Notes: a model not told the origin generated them from the letters alone. Shown: positions 28,359 to 38,255, counted from the stretch's first letter. The stretch is DNA of 64,000 nucleotides from Candidatus Krumholzibacteriia bacterium (GCA_963848505.1 CAWKEB010000002.1:911239-975238); one strand, 5' to 3'. Numbers and translations: made by a program.

Positions 28359-29006
28359 ATGAGACTGCTGCCCGCGATCACCCTGGGCCTGCTGCTGCCG
28401 GCGGCCGTGGCCGCGGCCGCGGGCGACGCGCCGCCGCCGTCGGGCCGCCCGCCCAGCCAGGTGATCCTGGAGTTCGGCTGGGCCACCCCCTTGGGGGACC
28501 TCGGCGGGGACTTCGACGCCACCGAACTCGGATTCGGCGCCAGCGAAGGCATGCAGGCCGGGTTCCGCTGGCGCTGGTACGCGTCGGAGCACTTCTCCCT
28601 CTCGCCCGCCTTCCACCTCAACGACTGGGGCAACCTCTCCGGGACCAACGAAGCGCTCGCGGACTACCGGGTCGAATGCTACACCTACGCCTACACCCTG
28701 GAGGCCATGCTGCGCACCGCCGACCGCCGGGCCGCCGTGCGCCCGTTCCTGGGCCTGGCGGCGGGCCTGTTCCGCGACCGGGTGGTGGGCTACACCAAGT
28801 CCTTCACCAAGAGCTTCGACGAATCGGTCAACACCCTCGGCTTCGCCCTGCGCGCCGGCTTCGCGGTCTCGGACCTGGAGTTCAGCGCGGTCTACAACCT
28901 GAACCGGTTCAACACCTGGCGCTTCTTCGAGACCGGGATCGACCAGCCCTACGACTGGGACAACCTGGTCATCCGCGGCGCCTGGAGCATCCCCTTCGGC
29001 GGCTAG
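28359..29006 (+). CDS. small outer-membrane beta-barrel protein
   Basis: 215 aa with signal peptide. Amphipathic beta-strand pattern. C-terminus ...SIPFGG. Confidence 0.5.
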   Translation: MRLLPAITLGLLLPAAVAAAAGDAPPPSGRPPSQVILEFGWATPLGDLGGDFDATELGFGASEGMQAGFRWRWYASEHFSLSPAFHLNDWGNLSGTNEALADYRVECYTYAYTLEAMLRTADRRAAVRPFLGLAAGLFRDRVVGYTKSFTKSFDESVNTLGFALRAGFAVSDLEFSAVYNLNRFNTWRFFETGIDQPYDWDNLVIRGAWSIPFGG

Positions 29007-29022
29007 CTGCCGGTGCTCGAAA

Positions 29023-29052
29023 ACGAGGCCGCCGGCTGCAGGGCCGGCGGCC
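29023..29052. terminator. bidirectional stem-loop between convergent genes
   Basis: GAGGCCGCCGGC-TGCAGG-GCCGGCGGCCTC is a 12-bp perfect stem. Confidence 0.5.
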
Positions 29053-29079
29053 TCGGCGCGTGTGGGGTGCGCGCGGGCT

Positions 29080-29439
29080 CTAGAAGAGGATGGGCTTTCC
29101 AGGCTGGCCGGGGGCGCCCGGATCCGGCGTGTACGGGTCGCTGGGCAGGGAGAAGGGGCCCTGGCGCCCGGCGGCGTCCACGCCCGCAACGCGGATGCGA
29201 TGGCTGACGCCGATGGTGGCGGCCAGCGTGTAGTTGACCGTCGGCGCCGTCGCGACCTGGGCCCAGGCCCCGCCGTCGATCGAGCGCTGCACGACGTAAT
29301 GGGCAACCGCCGAGCCGGTCGTCGGCGCGGTCCACTGGTAGGCCACGTCCATGGTCTGGGCGACAGCCGGTGCGGCACCGAGGGCGGCGACCAGGAAGGC
29401 CAGTACGGTTGCGTTCCTGAGGATTGTCTTCGTGTTCAT
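29080..29439 (-). CDS. small secreted protein with a fibronectin-III-like/Ig-like fold
   Basis: 119 aa with signal peptide MNTKTILRNATVLAFLVAALGAAPAVAQ and a GGAG RBS. Beta-sandwich-like pattern (YQWTAPTTGSAVAHYVVQRSIDGG…). Confidence 0.45.
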   Translation of the reverse strand: MNTKTILRNATVLAFLVAALGAAPAVAQTMDVAYQWTAPTTGSAVAHYVVQRSIDGGAWAQVATAPTVNYTLAATIGVSHRIRVAGVDAAGRQGPFSLPSDPYTPDPGAPGQPGKPILF

Positions 29440-29864
29440 GTCTCCGGCTTTCGCTGTGCCCGCTCCGCGGGTCGTTGGGGGCATCCTGCCTCGGGCCGAG
29501 CCCGTTCGTCTGGTCCGCACATCCATTCGCAATCCCGGTGCCCGGCGGTGACGGCTGGGAATTTCATACAGAAAACACGTTGATTGCGAGCCGATTGGGG
29601 ACGATCAACCCCAGCCTCGCCGGCAGGATTTGCCCGGACCGCAGGCTCCGGTCGTGCAGAGTCCCGACCGCCGTCGACCGGGCGATTGCAACTTGCCCAC
29701 GGCGCGCCGTCAGCCGCAATCGGGTCTTGTCGGACGGACCGCAACGCGCCACATTGAGGCATCCCGGGGCAGGAGCAGGCACGTACGAGGGCGCCCGTCC
29801 CACCCGGATCCGACCCCGCCGACCGACGTCGCGGCCGCAGGCCGCGACGCGCCAAGGAGCCGAC

Positions 29865-30401
29865 ATGAACAAGCAAGTGCACGCCTTGTGGCCGGAGCTC
29901 GACTGGATCGGCGATGCCCGGCTGCGCGAGGCCACCGCCAGGACCTGGGAACTGGCCCTGGAGCGCAGCCCGCTGACGGCCGCGGACCTCGAGACCATCC
30001 CCTTCACCCTGCTGGTGCCCGACCTGAAGGTCAGCTTCATGGCCCACAAGCGCTGCGTGGTCCACGTGGCCCGGGACGCGGCCTTGAAGATGAACGAGTT
30101 CTTCGGCAGCGACCTGCCCGTGGACCTGGACGTGACCATCGCCGGGGCCATCCTCGCGGACGTGGGCAAGCTGCTGGAGTACGAGCTGCACGAGGGTCGG
30201 AGCCGCCAGAGCGCCATGGGGCGGCTGGTGCGCCATCCCTTCAGCGGCGTCGGGCTGGCCATGGAGGCGGGCGTGCCGCCGGAGGTGCTGCACATCATCG
30301 CCGCCCACGCGGGCGAGGGCGACCTGGTCAAGCGCTCGACCGAGGCCTACGTGGTCCATCACGCCGACTTCATGACATTCCTGCCTTTCAAGCCGAAATA
30401 G
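29865..30401 (+). CDS. HD-domain phosphohydrolase-like protein
   Basis: AAGGAG RBS. HD motif region (H…HV…DLDVTIAGAILADVGK). Confidence 0.6.
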   Translation: MNKQVHALWPELDWIGDARLREATARTWELALERSPLTAADLETIPFTLLVPDLKVSFMAHKRCVVHVARDAALKMNEFFGSDLPVDLDVTIAGAILADVGKLLEYELHEGRSRQSAMGRLVRHPFSGVGLAMEAGVPPEVLHIIAAHAGEGDLVKRSTEAYVVHHADFMTFLPFKPK

Positions 30402-30518
30402 GGCAGGCGAAAAATCCTTTGCGCCCGGCGCAATCTGGTATATCTAGGTGGTCAGAGACCCATGACGCGGACCGGCCCCGAGCCGTCCGGTCCCGCCGGC
30501 CGCCAGGAGGAGCAGACG

Positions 30519-30749
30519 ATGGCTGACAATACCGACAAGGTCGCAGGCAACGTGGACGGAACCTTCTTCGTGGACAGCAACTGCATCGACTGTGATCTGT
30601 GCCGCCAGACCGCTCCGGAAAACTTCGAGCGGAACGAGGACGAAGGCTTCACCTTCGTCTCCAAGCAGCCCGAGAACGAGGACGAGGAGCAGGCCTGCCG
30701 CGACGCCATGGAGGAGTGCCCCACCGAGGCCATCGGCGACGACGGCTGA
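30519..30749 (+). CDS. small [4Fe-4S]/[3Fe-4S] ferredoxin
   Basis: AGGAGGAG RBS. CIDCDLC … CP cluster-binding motif. 76 aa, acidic. Confidence 0.7.
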   Translation: MADNTDKVAGNVDGTFFVDSNCIDCDLCRQTAPENFERNEDEGFTFVSKQPENEDEEQACRDAMEECPTEAIGDDG

Positions 30750-30771
30750 GCCGCCGGAGGCTCCGACCCGA

Positions 30772-30805
30772 CCCTCGACCCGGTCCCCCGCTGGCGGGAC
30801 CGGGT
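30772..30805 (+). terminator. rho-independent terminator
   Basis: CCCGGTCCC-loop-GGGACCGGG followed by TTTTTTT. Confidence 0.65.
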
Positions 30806-30910
30806 TTTTTTCGGAAACTTGTGGGTCGGGCCACGGTTCAAGCGCGGCGATGAAGCAGACACGAAGCCGGCCCCGCGGCCGGCGTCATCAATTCCCCAAG
30901 GAGACACCCC

Positions 30911-32341
30911 ATGCATGCCAAGCGTCCCGGCCGCCCCGCCCTGTTCCTGGCGGCCGTCCTGTTGGCCCTGGCCGTCCAGGCCCCCCTGGCGGGAGCCCAG
31001 CTGGTGGACAACCAGCTCCGCAGCTACGCCGACGTGGCCGAAGTGGCCAGCCCCGCGGTGGTGAACATCTCGACCGACAAGGTCGTCGAAAACATGGACA
31101 ACCACCCGTTCATGAACGATCCCTTCTTCCGGCGCTTCTTCGAGATGCCGGACGACCAGAACCACCAGGGCGGCGAGCGGGTCGAGCGCTCGCTGGGCTC
31201 GGGCGTGGTGATCTCCGCCGACGGCTTCATCCTGACCAACAACCACGTGGTCGAGAACGCCGACAAGGTCAAGGTCACCTTCGAAGGCGATCGCGAATTC
31301 GACGCCGAGATCGTCGGCACCGACCCCCTCACCGACGTGGCCCTGCTCAAGATCGAAGCCACCGGCCTGCACTTCGTCAAGATCGGCGACAGCGACGCCC
31401 TGCGGGTCGGCGACCAGGTCATGGCCATCGGCAACCCCTTCGGCGTGGGCCAGACCGTGACCCTGGGCATCGTCAGCGCCCTGGGCCGCTCCATCGGCCT
31501 GATCGACTACGAGGACCTGATCCAGACCGACGCCTCCATCAATCCCGGCAACAGCGGCGGCGCCCTGGTGGACATGCAGGGCCGGCTGGTGGGCATGAAC
31601 TCGGCTATCCTCAGCCGCAGCGGCGGCAGCCAGGGCATCGGCTTCGCCATCCCCAGCAACATGGCCAAGCGCATCGCCGACGCCCTGAAGACCGACGGCG
31701 AGGTGGCGCGCGCCTACCTGGGCGTCCTGCCCCAGGAGGTGGACCAGAACGTGGCCGACTACTACGGCATGGACCGGCCGCGGGGCGTCATCGTCACCCA
31801 GGTGAACACCGGCACGCCGGCCGAGAAGGCGGGGCTCAAGGAGGGGGACATCATCCTCTCGGTCGACGGCCAGGAGATCCGCAATCCCAGCATGCTGCGC
31901 AACGTGATCAGCCTGTCCGCCGTGGGCCACGACGCCCAGCTGAAGCTGCTGCGGGACGGCAAGGAGAAGACGGTCGCGGTCAAGCTGGAGAAGTTCCCCG
32001 AGGCCACGACCACCGTCCGGGCCAATCCCCACGGCGGCGGCAGCGAGGACCAGAGCCTCGACGGCGTGACGGTGCGTGTGCTGGACGAGCGGGCCCGCGC
32101 CATGACCAGCAACATCCCGGAGGACGTGGGCGGGCTGCTGGTGGTCTCGGTCGAGGCCACGAGCACGGCCGCCCGCGAGGGCCTGGCCACCGGCGATGTG
32201 ATCCAGGAGGTCTCGCGGCGCCCGGTCGAGACCCTGGCCGACTTCCAGGAGGCCCTGAAATTGAACACCGACCGCCCGGTGTTCCTGCGGGTCTACAAGC
32301 CGAACCGGGGGCAGAACGTCTTCATCGCCCTGCCCCGGTAG
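30911..32341 (+). CDS. degP: periplasmic serine endoprotease DegP/HtrA family (trypsin-like domain plus two PDZ)
   Basis: Signal peptide. Catalytic-triad context (TNNHVV, DVALLKI, GNSGGALV). Two PDZ-like repeats. Confidence 0.85.
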   Translation: MHAKRPGRPALFLAAVLLALAVQAPLAGAQLVDNQLRSYADVAEVASPAVVNISTDKVVENMDNHPFMNDPFFRRFFEMPDDQNHQGGERVERSLGSGVVISADGFILTNNHVVENADKVKVTFEGDREFDAEIVGTDPLTDVALLKIEATGLHFVKIGDSDALRVGDQVMAIGNPFGVGQTVTLGIVSALGRSIGLIDYEDLIQTDASINPGNSGGALVDMQGRLVGMNSAILSRSGGSQGIGFAIPSNMAKRIADALKTDGEVARAYLGVLPQEVDQNVADYYGMDRPRGVIVTQVNTGTPAEKAGLKEGDIILSVDGQEIRNPSMLRNVISLSAVGHDAQLKLLRDGKEKTVAVKLEKFPEATTTVRANPHGGGSEDQSLDGVTVRVLDERARAMTSNIPEDVGGLLVVSVEATSTAAREGLATGDVIQEVSRRPVETLADFQEALKLNTDRPVFLRVYKPNRGQNVFIALPR

Positions 32342-32447
32342 CGATCCCTGCGGGGCGTGCTCTCCTTGCGCCCCGGCCCTGTGGGCCATCGACATGGAGG
32401 TCGGTGGCCCGCATTTTCAATATTAATACATAATTATGAGATATTGT

Positions 32448-32477
32448 TTGACAGGATATCCCTAAATTAAGTAAAAT
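32448..32477 (+). promoter_or_regulatory. strong sigma70-type promoter in an AT-rich island
   Basis: TTGACA - 18 nt - TAAAAT, preceded by ~50 nt of A/T-rich UP-element-like sequence (CATTTTCAATATTAATACATAATTATGAGATATTG). The surrounding genome is ~70% GC. Confidence 0.5.
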
Positions 32478-32554
32478 CCGTACCGACAAATAAGCGAGAC
32501 GGCCTGCGCCCGGCCGAGACCCGACCAAGGCCTGACCAACGGCGAGTGGGGACC

Positions 32555-32923
32555 ATGGCTGGATACGACGTCATCCGACACGAAACCTACTACGAGGTCA
32601 GCATCGAGGGGACGGTCACCCTGCCCCTGCTGCGGGAGGTCCTCGACGAGGTCGCGGAATTCCCCAAATGGATTTCCCTGAACGCCTTGTGGACCTTCGA
32701 GTCCGATGTGCGTCCCCCCGCCTTCCACGAGTTCGACGACATCATCGCCATGCTGGACAAGCTGTACGCCCGCCGGCCGGTGGGCAAGCGGGTGGCGCTG
32801 GTGGTGCCGGACTCGTTCTCACGCTCGGTGGCCGACGTCTTCCTGGGTCTGGCCGTGCGTCTGCCCGTGCAGATGCGGGTCTTCGGCGAAACCGAGGTCG
32901 GCCGCGCCTGGATCGAGGGCTGA
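32555..32923 (+). CDS. hypothetical small protein
   Basis: 122 aa from ATG (an alternative GTG lies 9 nt upstream). No confident family. Confidence 0.4.
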   Translation: MAGYDVIRHETYYEVSIEGTVTLPLLREVLDEVAEFPKWISLNALWTFESDVRPPAFHEFDDIIAMLDKLYARRPVGKRVALVVPDSFSRSVADVFLGLAVRLPVQMRVFGETEVGRAWIEG

Positions 32924-33011
32924 GCGGCGACGGCCGTGCCCTTGACCAACCTCCTGGCATCGGTGACATTGGGACGGTTCCGCGGCCCCCCCGGCTGAAA
33001 GGCGCCTCCCG

Positions 33012-34931
33012 ATGAACAGCTACCTGCGCATGCTCCGCATGATCCGGCCCTACCTGCCCCAGGCGGCGGTGGCCCTGGTCTTCATGCTGCTGTTCTCGTT
33101 CTTCAGCGTCTTCAGCTTCACCATGATCAGCCCGTTCCTGAAGGCCCTGTTCCTGGACACGGACTCGCAGCTGGCGCGGGAGCTGACGGTGGAGCCGGCG
33201 GTCTCGCCCCTGGCGGTCGCGCCCGACGGCGCCGCGCCCGCGGATGCGGATGCCGCGCGCGAGCGCCTGGCCGGGATGCAGGACAAGGTCTCGTTCGTCA
33301 CCTCGGTCAAGACCGCCTTCCAGGACTGGGTGCAGGGCACGCTGCTCAAGGGCAGCAAGCAGGACGCGCTGTTGCGCATCTGCCTGACGGTGCTCGTGCT
33401 GCTGCTCTTGAAGAACGTCACGGGGTACATCCAGGACATCCTGATGGTCTGGGTGGGTGAGAGCGTGATCCGCGACCTGCGCGAGGCCCTGTTCCGCCGG
33501 TTCACGGCGATGCCGCTCTCGTTCTACCACCAGCACAAGGCGGGCGAGCTGATCAGCCGGGCCACCAACGACGTGCTGATGGCCCAGAAGTGCATCGGCG
33601 TCAGCTTCACGACCCTGCTGCGCGATCCCATCTTCATCGTCATGTACCTGGGGGTGGCCTTCATCCTCAGCTGGAAGCTGACCCTGATGGCCCTGGTGCT
33701 GATGCCCGTCAGCCTGGCCGTCATCATCCGCATCGGCAAGAGCATCCGCAAGATCTCCGGCCGCCAGCAGCAGGAGATGGCCAACCTCACCATCAGCCTG
33801 CAGGAGACGGTCTACGGCATCCGCGTGGTCAAGGCCTTCGCCATGGAGGAGCACGAGAACCGCAAGTTCGGGGTCCTGAACCGCGAGCTGTTCCGGCAGG
33901 TGTTCCGCTTCAACCGCAAGCTGAAGCTGAGCTCGCCGCTGACCGAGCTGATGACCTCGGTGGTGGGCCTGTTCCTGCTCTGGTACGGCGGCTCCCAGGT
34001 CTTCACCGGCGGGGTGATGGCGCCGGACCTGTTCATCGTCTTCTTCTTCGCCATCTTCTCGACGGTGCGGCCGCTGAAGAACCTGGGCCAGGTCAACAAC
34101 GAGATCCAGGCGGGCATGGCCGCGGCCGACCGCATCTTCGCGGTGCTGGACACGCCGGCCGAGGTGGCCGATCCGACCGCCGGTCTGGCCCTGGCGCAGG
34201 TGACCGGCCGCGTCGAGTTCCGCGACGTGCACTACGCCTACCTGCCGGGCGAGCCGGTGCTGCGCGGGGTGTCGCTGGCGGTCGAACCGGGCGAGGTGGT
34301 GGCCCTGGTCGGCAGCAGCGGTTCGGGCAAGAGCACCCTGGTGGACATGATCCCCGGCTTCTACCTGGCCGACCGCGGCACCGTCAGCATCGACGGTCAC
34401 GATCTGCGCGACCTGAACCTGGCCGCCCTGCGCCGCAGCATGGGCATCGTCACCCAGGAAGTGATCCTTTTCCACGACACCATCTTCAACAACATCGCCT
34501 ACGGGCTGAGCGACGTGAGCCTGGACCAGGTGCGCGAGGCGGCCCGCGCCGCCAACGCCGACGACTTCATCAGGCGCCTGCCCGCCGGCTACGAGACGGT
34601 GATCGGCGACCGGGGCCTGAAGCTGTCGGGGGGGCAGCGCCAGCGCCTGTCCATCGCCCGGGCCATCCTGCGCAACCCACCCATCCTGCTGCTGGACGAG
34701 GCCACCAGCGCCCTGGACACCGAGAGCGAGCAGCTGGTGCAGGAGGCCATCGACCGCCTGGTGCGGCACCGCACCACCATCGTCATCGCCCACCGCCTGT
34801 CCACCATCCAGAACGTGGACCGGATCTACCTGCTGGAAGAGGGCCAGGTGGTGCAGACGGGCACCCACGACGAGCTGCTGGCGGCCGGCGGACGGTATAA
34901 AGAGCTGTATACCATGCAGTTCCAGCGCTGA
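33012..34931 (+). CDS. ABC transporter permease/ATP-binding protein, MsbA-like exporter
   Basis: Six-TM exporter domain plus NBD (Walker A GSSGSGKST, signature LSGGQRQR, Walker B ILLLDEATSALD). A ~70 aa insertion sits in the first periplasmic loop. Confidence 0.85.
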   Translation: MNSYLRMLRMIRPYLPQAAVALVFMLLFSFFSVFSFTMISPFLKALFLDTDSQLARELTVEPAVSPLAVAPDGAAPADADAARERLAGMQDKVSFVTSVKTAFQDWVQGTLLKGSKQDALLRICLTVLVLLLLKNVTGYIQDILMVWVGESVIRDLREALFRRFTAMPLSFYHQHKAGELISRATNDVLMAQKCIGVSFTTLLRDPIFIVMYLGVAFILSWKLTLMALVLMPVSLAVIIRIGKSIRKISGRQQQEMANLTISLQETVYGIRVVKAFAMEEHENRKFGVLNRELFRQVFRFNRKLKLSSPLTELMTSVVGLFLLWYGGSQVFTGGVMAPDLFIVFFFAIFSTVRPLKNLGQVNNEIQAGMAAADRIFAVLDTPAEVADPTAGLALAQVTGRVEFRDVHYAYLPGEPVLRGVSLAVEPGEVVALVGSSGSGKSTLVDMIPGFYLADRGTVSIDGHDLRDLNLAALRRSMGIVTQEVILFHDTIFNNIAYGLSDVSLDQVREAARAANADDFIRRLPAGYETVIGDRGLKLSGGQRQRLSIARAILRNPPILLLDEATSALDTESEQLVQEAIDRLVRHRTTIVIAHRLSTIQNVDRIYLLEEGQVVQTGTHDELLAAGGRYKELYTMQFQR

Positions 34932-34986
34932 GGCCACCCCGCGCCGCTGCTGGCATTCTGGTAATAACCATCGCAATTCACTCCGG

Positions 34987-35016
34987 TTTGACCGTGCCGT
35001 GCTCCGTGACATATAA
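34987..35016 (+). promoter_or_regulatory. sigma70-type promoter
   Basis: TTGACC - 18 nt - TATAAT, about 75 nt upstream of the ATG of the 1046-aa secreted protein gene. Confidence 0.45.
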
Positions 35017-35090
35017 TCAACATACCTTTGCCGGCACCGGCCGTCGACGCGAGATCGGTCCGGCTGACCCCAGCCTCAAGGGGGACGACC

Positions 35091-38000
35091 ATGCAGACCC
35101 GACTCGCTCGCTGCGCCGGCCGCTTCGCCACCGCCATCCTGATCCTGATCCCTGCCCTGGCATTTGCGGCCCAGCCTGCCGCCTCGGACGCGGAACGGGC
35201 CAACCGGCCCGATCTGTCCGCCGGTGGGGAGATGGTCTACGGCGGCCCGGCCGACGCGGCCGCCAAGACAATCACCGATTCGACCCTGGTCATGGGGCCC
35301 TGGGGCAGTGGGGCGGCTTTCAACGGCCAGTTCCAGAACACTTCCGGCGGCCCCGACTGGAACGGTTGGACCAGCGTCGACCTGACCCAGAGCACAGACT
35401 CGCATTGGCACGCCGACACCGTGGGGGCGTTGGCCGGCTCCTGGTCGGCCTGGTGCGGTACGGTCGCCTACGGGTCCTGCGAGCCGGGCGACCCTGAGGG
35501 CGGCTACGGCAATAATTGGGACGAGGTCCTCGAGTGGCGGGGCACGGTGGCCGACCCCGAGGTCTCGTGCACCGTGACCATCGCCGCCACGCTGCAGTCG
35601 GACACCGAGCCCGGCTACGACTACGCCTACCTGAGCGTGGTCAAGGCCGGCGCGGTCCTGGACCTGTTGAGCTTCGACGACACCCAGGCCGCGGCGCCGG
35701 TGAACCAGCAGACGGTCTACACTCCGGCCGACTACGAGGGTGCCGCCGCCGATCAGGTGGTGGTGCAGTTCCGCTTCGACAGCGACGGCGGCTGGTCGGA
35801 CGAAGACTGCTGGTGGACCACCGACGGCGCCTTCCGGGTGGACGACCTGGCCATCACCCTCAGCAACGGCAGCGGCTACAGCCACGACTTCGAGGACGGA
35901 ACCCTGGGCGATCTGATGCCGTTGCTGCCGCAGGGCGTGGGAAATTTCGCGCAGATCTGGACCAATCTGGGGACGACAGACACCTGCGTCCGCCGCAACA
36001 CCTCGCCCATGGTCGCGTTCATCGACGACGGGATCGTGGTGCCCGGCACCGGCGGCACGCCGTGCATCACCTGGTGCTACGGACCGGGGGGCTTCATCGT
36101 CAACACCACCGGCGGTCTGGCCGGGCCCGAAGCCCATATCCACAATGCCATCGAGTCGCCGGTGATGGCCTGGCCCGGGCCCAACCACGAGGGTGCCCGC
36201 CTGGAATTCGACGTCTGGGAGGATCTGCCCTTCGTAAGCCAGGCCCCAGGGATCTTCTACTCCTGGCACGTGCGCTCGACCGTGGAGGCGGACCCGGCAG
36301 CGATCGGTGCCATGCCCTGGCAGAACCGCAACATCTTCCACTACGGTGGCCCCAACTGGAGGCGCCATGTCCAGGTGGTCGGCGACCTGATCCCCGCGGA
36401 TGCCCAGTGGGTGCAGATCCAGTTGGCATGCATCGAATTCGGTTGGCAATGGGACATCCGGGGCAACGACGGCAGCCCATCGCCCTACTTCGACAACGTG
36501 CGCCTGACGGCGTATCCGCATCACGGGCCGGAGCTGGTGGCGCGGGTCGTGGACCTGCCCCACGACACCTTCCCCGAGGGCGGCACCCTGGACCTGGTCG
36601 ACCTGGGCGCCAACAACATCCGCTTCGATTCGGGCAGCGACATCAACCGCTATCAGTGGAACGACGCCCTGGGCAACGATCCCGGCGACTCGGTCCTGGT
36701 CAGGGTCACGCCCCAGCGCGCGGGCGCCACCCTGGTGGGGGTGCCCCGCCTGCACTGGAGCCTCAAACGCAACCCGCTGTTCGACGCCTACCGCAGCTCC
36801 GGGCTGCCTGATCAGGGCTCGATCGAGGGATGGAATGCGCTCAACAGCAACGGCGTCCCGGTGCCGGACCTCTTCGCCTTCGACCTGCCGGACACGGGCT
36901 TCCTGTTCCCGGGCGACTTTCTCTACTACTACTTCTCGGCCACCGACGAGGTCGGGGGTGAGCAGCAGACGGCTCTGCTGCCGGCGGACACCACCGGGTT
37001 CAGCAACTTCGACGATCCCATGGCCTGGCTGCCCATCTACAAGCTGCATGCGCTGCCCACGCTGACGGAGGTTGCGGGCCAGCCCGGCACGATCACCCAG
37101 CCGGCCATCCTGTTCTGGGACGACGCCGGCGCCGTGGGCAACCGCGACGAGTGGTACATGGCCTACCGCAATCTGGGCCTGGTGGCGGGCGTGGACTACG
37201 ACATCTACTACACCAATGCGCCGTCCTCGGGCACCGGCAACGGCCTGGGCGGGCGCTCGACGGCGGTCCAGTTGGCCGGCTACTCGGAGTTGATCTACAC
37301 CAGCGGCGTGCAGACGGCGTTCACCATCGTCGACGGGGACCCCAGCAACGGCGACTTCTCGCTGGACTCCCAGGTGCTGACGGCCTGGCTAGAGCAGGGC
37401 GGCAAGGACATGCTGCTGACCGGCGACGACCTGGCCGGGGATCTCACACGCCGTGGCGGCGGCACCGGCCGCGCCCTGCTGCACGACTGGATGGGCGTCG
37501 ATCTGGTGGACGAGAACGTGCTGGGCCTGATCGACCTGCAGACGGCGCCGCTGATCCGGGTCGTGCCGGGGCAGCCGGTCTTCATGACCGTGGATCAGTG
37601 GCGGGGCGTGGCCAACTGCCTGTCGCAGAGCACCGTCTACTACGGCGGCGGCAGCACCACCACCGGCAACAAGCGCTACGACGGTGTGGCGTCGCGGGCG
37701 GGAGCCCAGCGCCTGGCCGAGTTCACCGACCCCAGCGGGGCACAGGGCCAGTACACCTTCAGTGCGATCACCCTGAACGAGCGCATCGACTACGACGCGC
37801 GGGTGATCAGCCTGCCCTACGATTTCCAGTCGGTGGAGACCGCTGACGACGCCAAGGCCGCGGCCGGGTTGGCGGCCCGGGTGCGGTTGCTGGAGGATGT
37901 GCTCAACTACTTCGGCCACAGCGGCGGAGGCGAGCCGTCGGGCGTGCCGGCAGCCGACGTGTTCACGGCCGGGAGTCACCCGAACCCGTTCAATCCCGCC

Positions 38001-38231
38001 ACCATCATCAGCTGGTCCCTGCCCCAGGCTGGCCACCTCGGGGTGCAGGTCTATGACGTGCGCGGCCGGCTGGTGCGGACGCTGGTCGACGGTCCGACGG
38101 CCGCCGGCCCCGGCGACGTGCGCTGGGACGGGCGGGCCGACGGTGGGCAGAACGCGGCCGCTGGGGTCTACTTCTGGCGGGTGAAGGCCGGCGCCGATAC
38201 CCTGGTCGGCAAGATGGCACTCATCAAGTAG
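35091..38231 (+). CDS. large secreted protein (1046 aa) with C-terminal T9SS-type sorting domain
   Basis: Signal peptide MQTRLARCAGRFATAILILIPALAFAAQ and AAGGGGGA RBS. The C-terminal ~85 aa (HPNPFNPATIISWSLPQAGHLGVQVYDVRGRLVRTLVDG…GVYFWRVKAG…) match Por_Secre_tail/FlgD-Ig-like CTDs. Confidence 0.7.
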   Translation: MQTRLARCAGRFATAILILIPALAFAAQPAASDAERANRPDLSAGGEMVYGGPADAAAKTITDSTLVMGPWGSGAAFNGQFQNTSGGPDWNGWTSVDLTQSTDSHWHADTVGALAGSWSAWCGTVAYGSCEPGDPEGGYGNNWDEVLEWRGTVADPEVSCTVTIAATLQSDTEPGYDYAYLSVVKAGAVLDLLSFDDTQAAAPVNQQTVYTPADYEGAAADQVVVQFRFDSDGGWSDEDCWWTTDGAFRVDDLAITLSNGSGYSHDFEDGTLGDLMPLLPQGVGNFAQIWTNLGTTDTCVRRNTSPMVAFIDDGIVVPGTGGTPCITWCYGPGGFIVNTTGGLAGPEAHIHNAIESPVMAWPGPNHEGARLEFDVWEDLPFVSQAPGIFYSWHVRSTVEADPAAIGAMPWQNRNIFHYGGPNWRRHVQVVGDLIPADAQWVQIQLACIEFGWQWDIRGNDGSPSPYFDNVRLTAYPHHGPELVARVVDLPHDTFPEGGTLDLVDLGANNIRFDSGSDINRYQWNDALGNDPGDSVLVRVTPQRAGATLVGVPRLHWSLKRNPLFDAYRSSGLPDQGSIEGWNALNSNGVPVPDLFAFDLPDTGFLFPGDFLYYYFSATDEVGGEQQTALLPADTTGFSNFDDPMAWLPIYKLHALPTLTEVAGQPGTITQPAILFWDDAGAVGNRDEWYMAYRNLGLVAGVDYDIYYTNAPSSGTGNGLGGRSTAVQLAGYSELIYTSGVQTAFTIVDGDPSNGDFSLDSQVLTAWLEQGGKDMLLTGDDLAGDLTRRGGGTGRALLHDWMGVDLVDENVLGLIDLQTAPLIRVVPGQPVFMTVDQWRGVANCLSQSTVYYGGGSTTTGNKRYDGVASRAGAQRLAEFTDPSGAQGQYTFSAITLNERIDYDARVISLPYDFQSVETADDAKAAAGLAARVRLLEDVLNYFGHSGGGEPSGVPAADVFTAGSHPNPFNPATIISWSLPQAGHLGVQVYDVRGRLVRTLVDGPTAAGPGDVRWDGRADGGQNAAAGVYFWRVKAGADTLVGKMALIK

Positions 38232-38255
38232 CTTGCCCGCGATCGAGGAGGACCC

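Noticed and set aside
30452-35012. Long antisense ORFs opposite degP (30452..32395) and the ABC exporter (32742..35012)
   Set aside because: Conserved catalytic and Walker motifs are on the opposite strand. These are composition artefacts.
35076-37049. 657-aa ORF antisense to the large T9SS-CTD protein gene (also 37389..38537)
   Set aside because: No start context, Arg/Gly/Asp/Val-rich low complexity. The sense strand encodes a protein with signal peptide and sorting domain.
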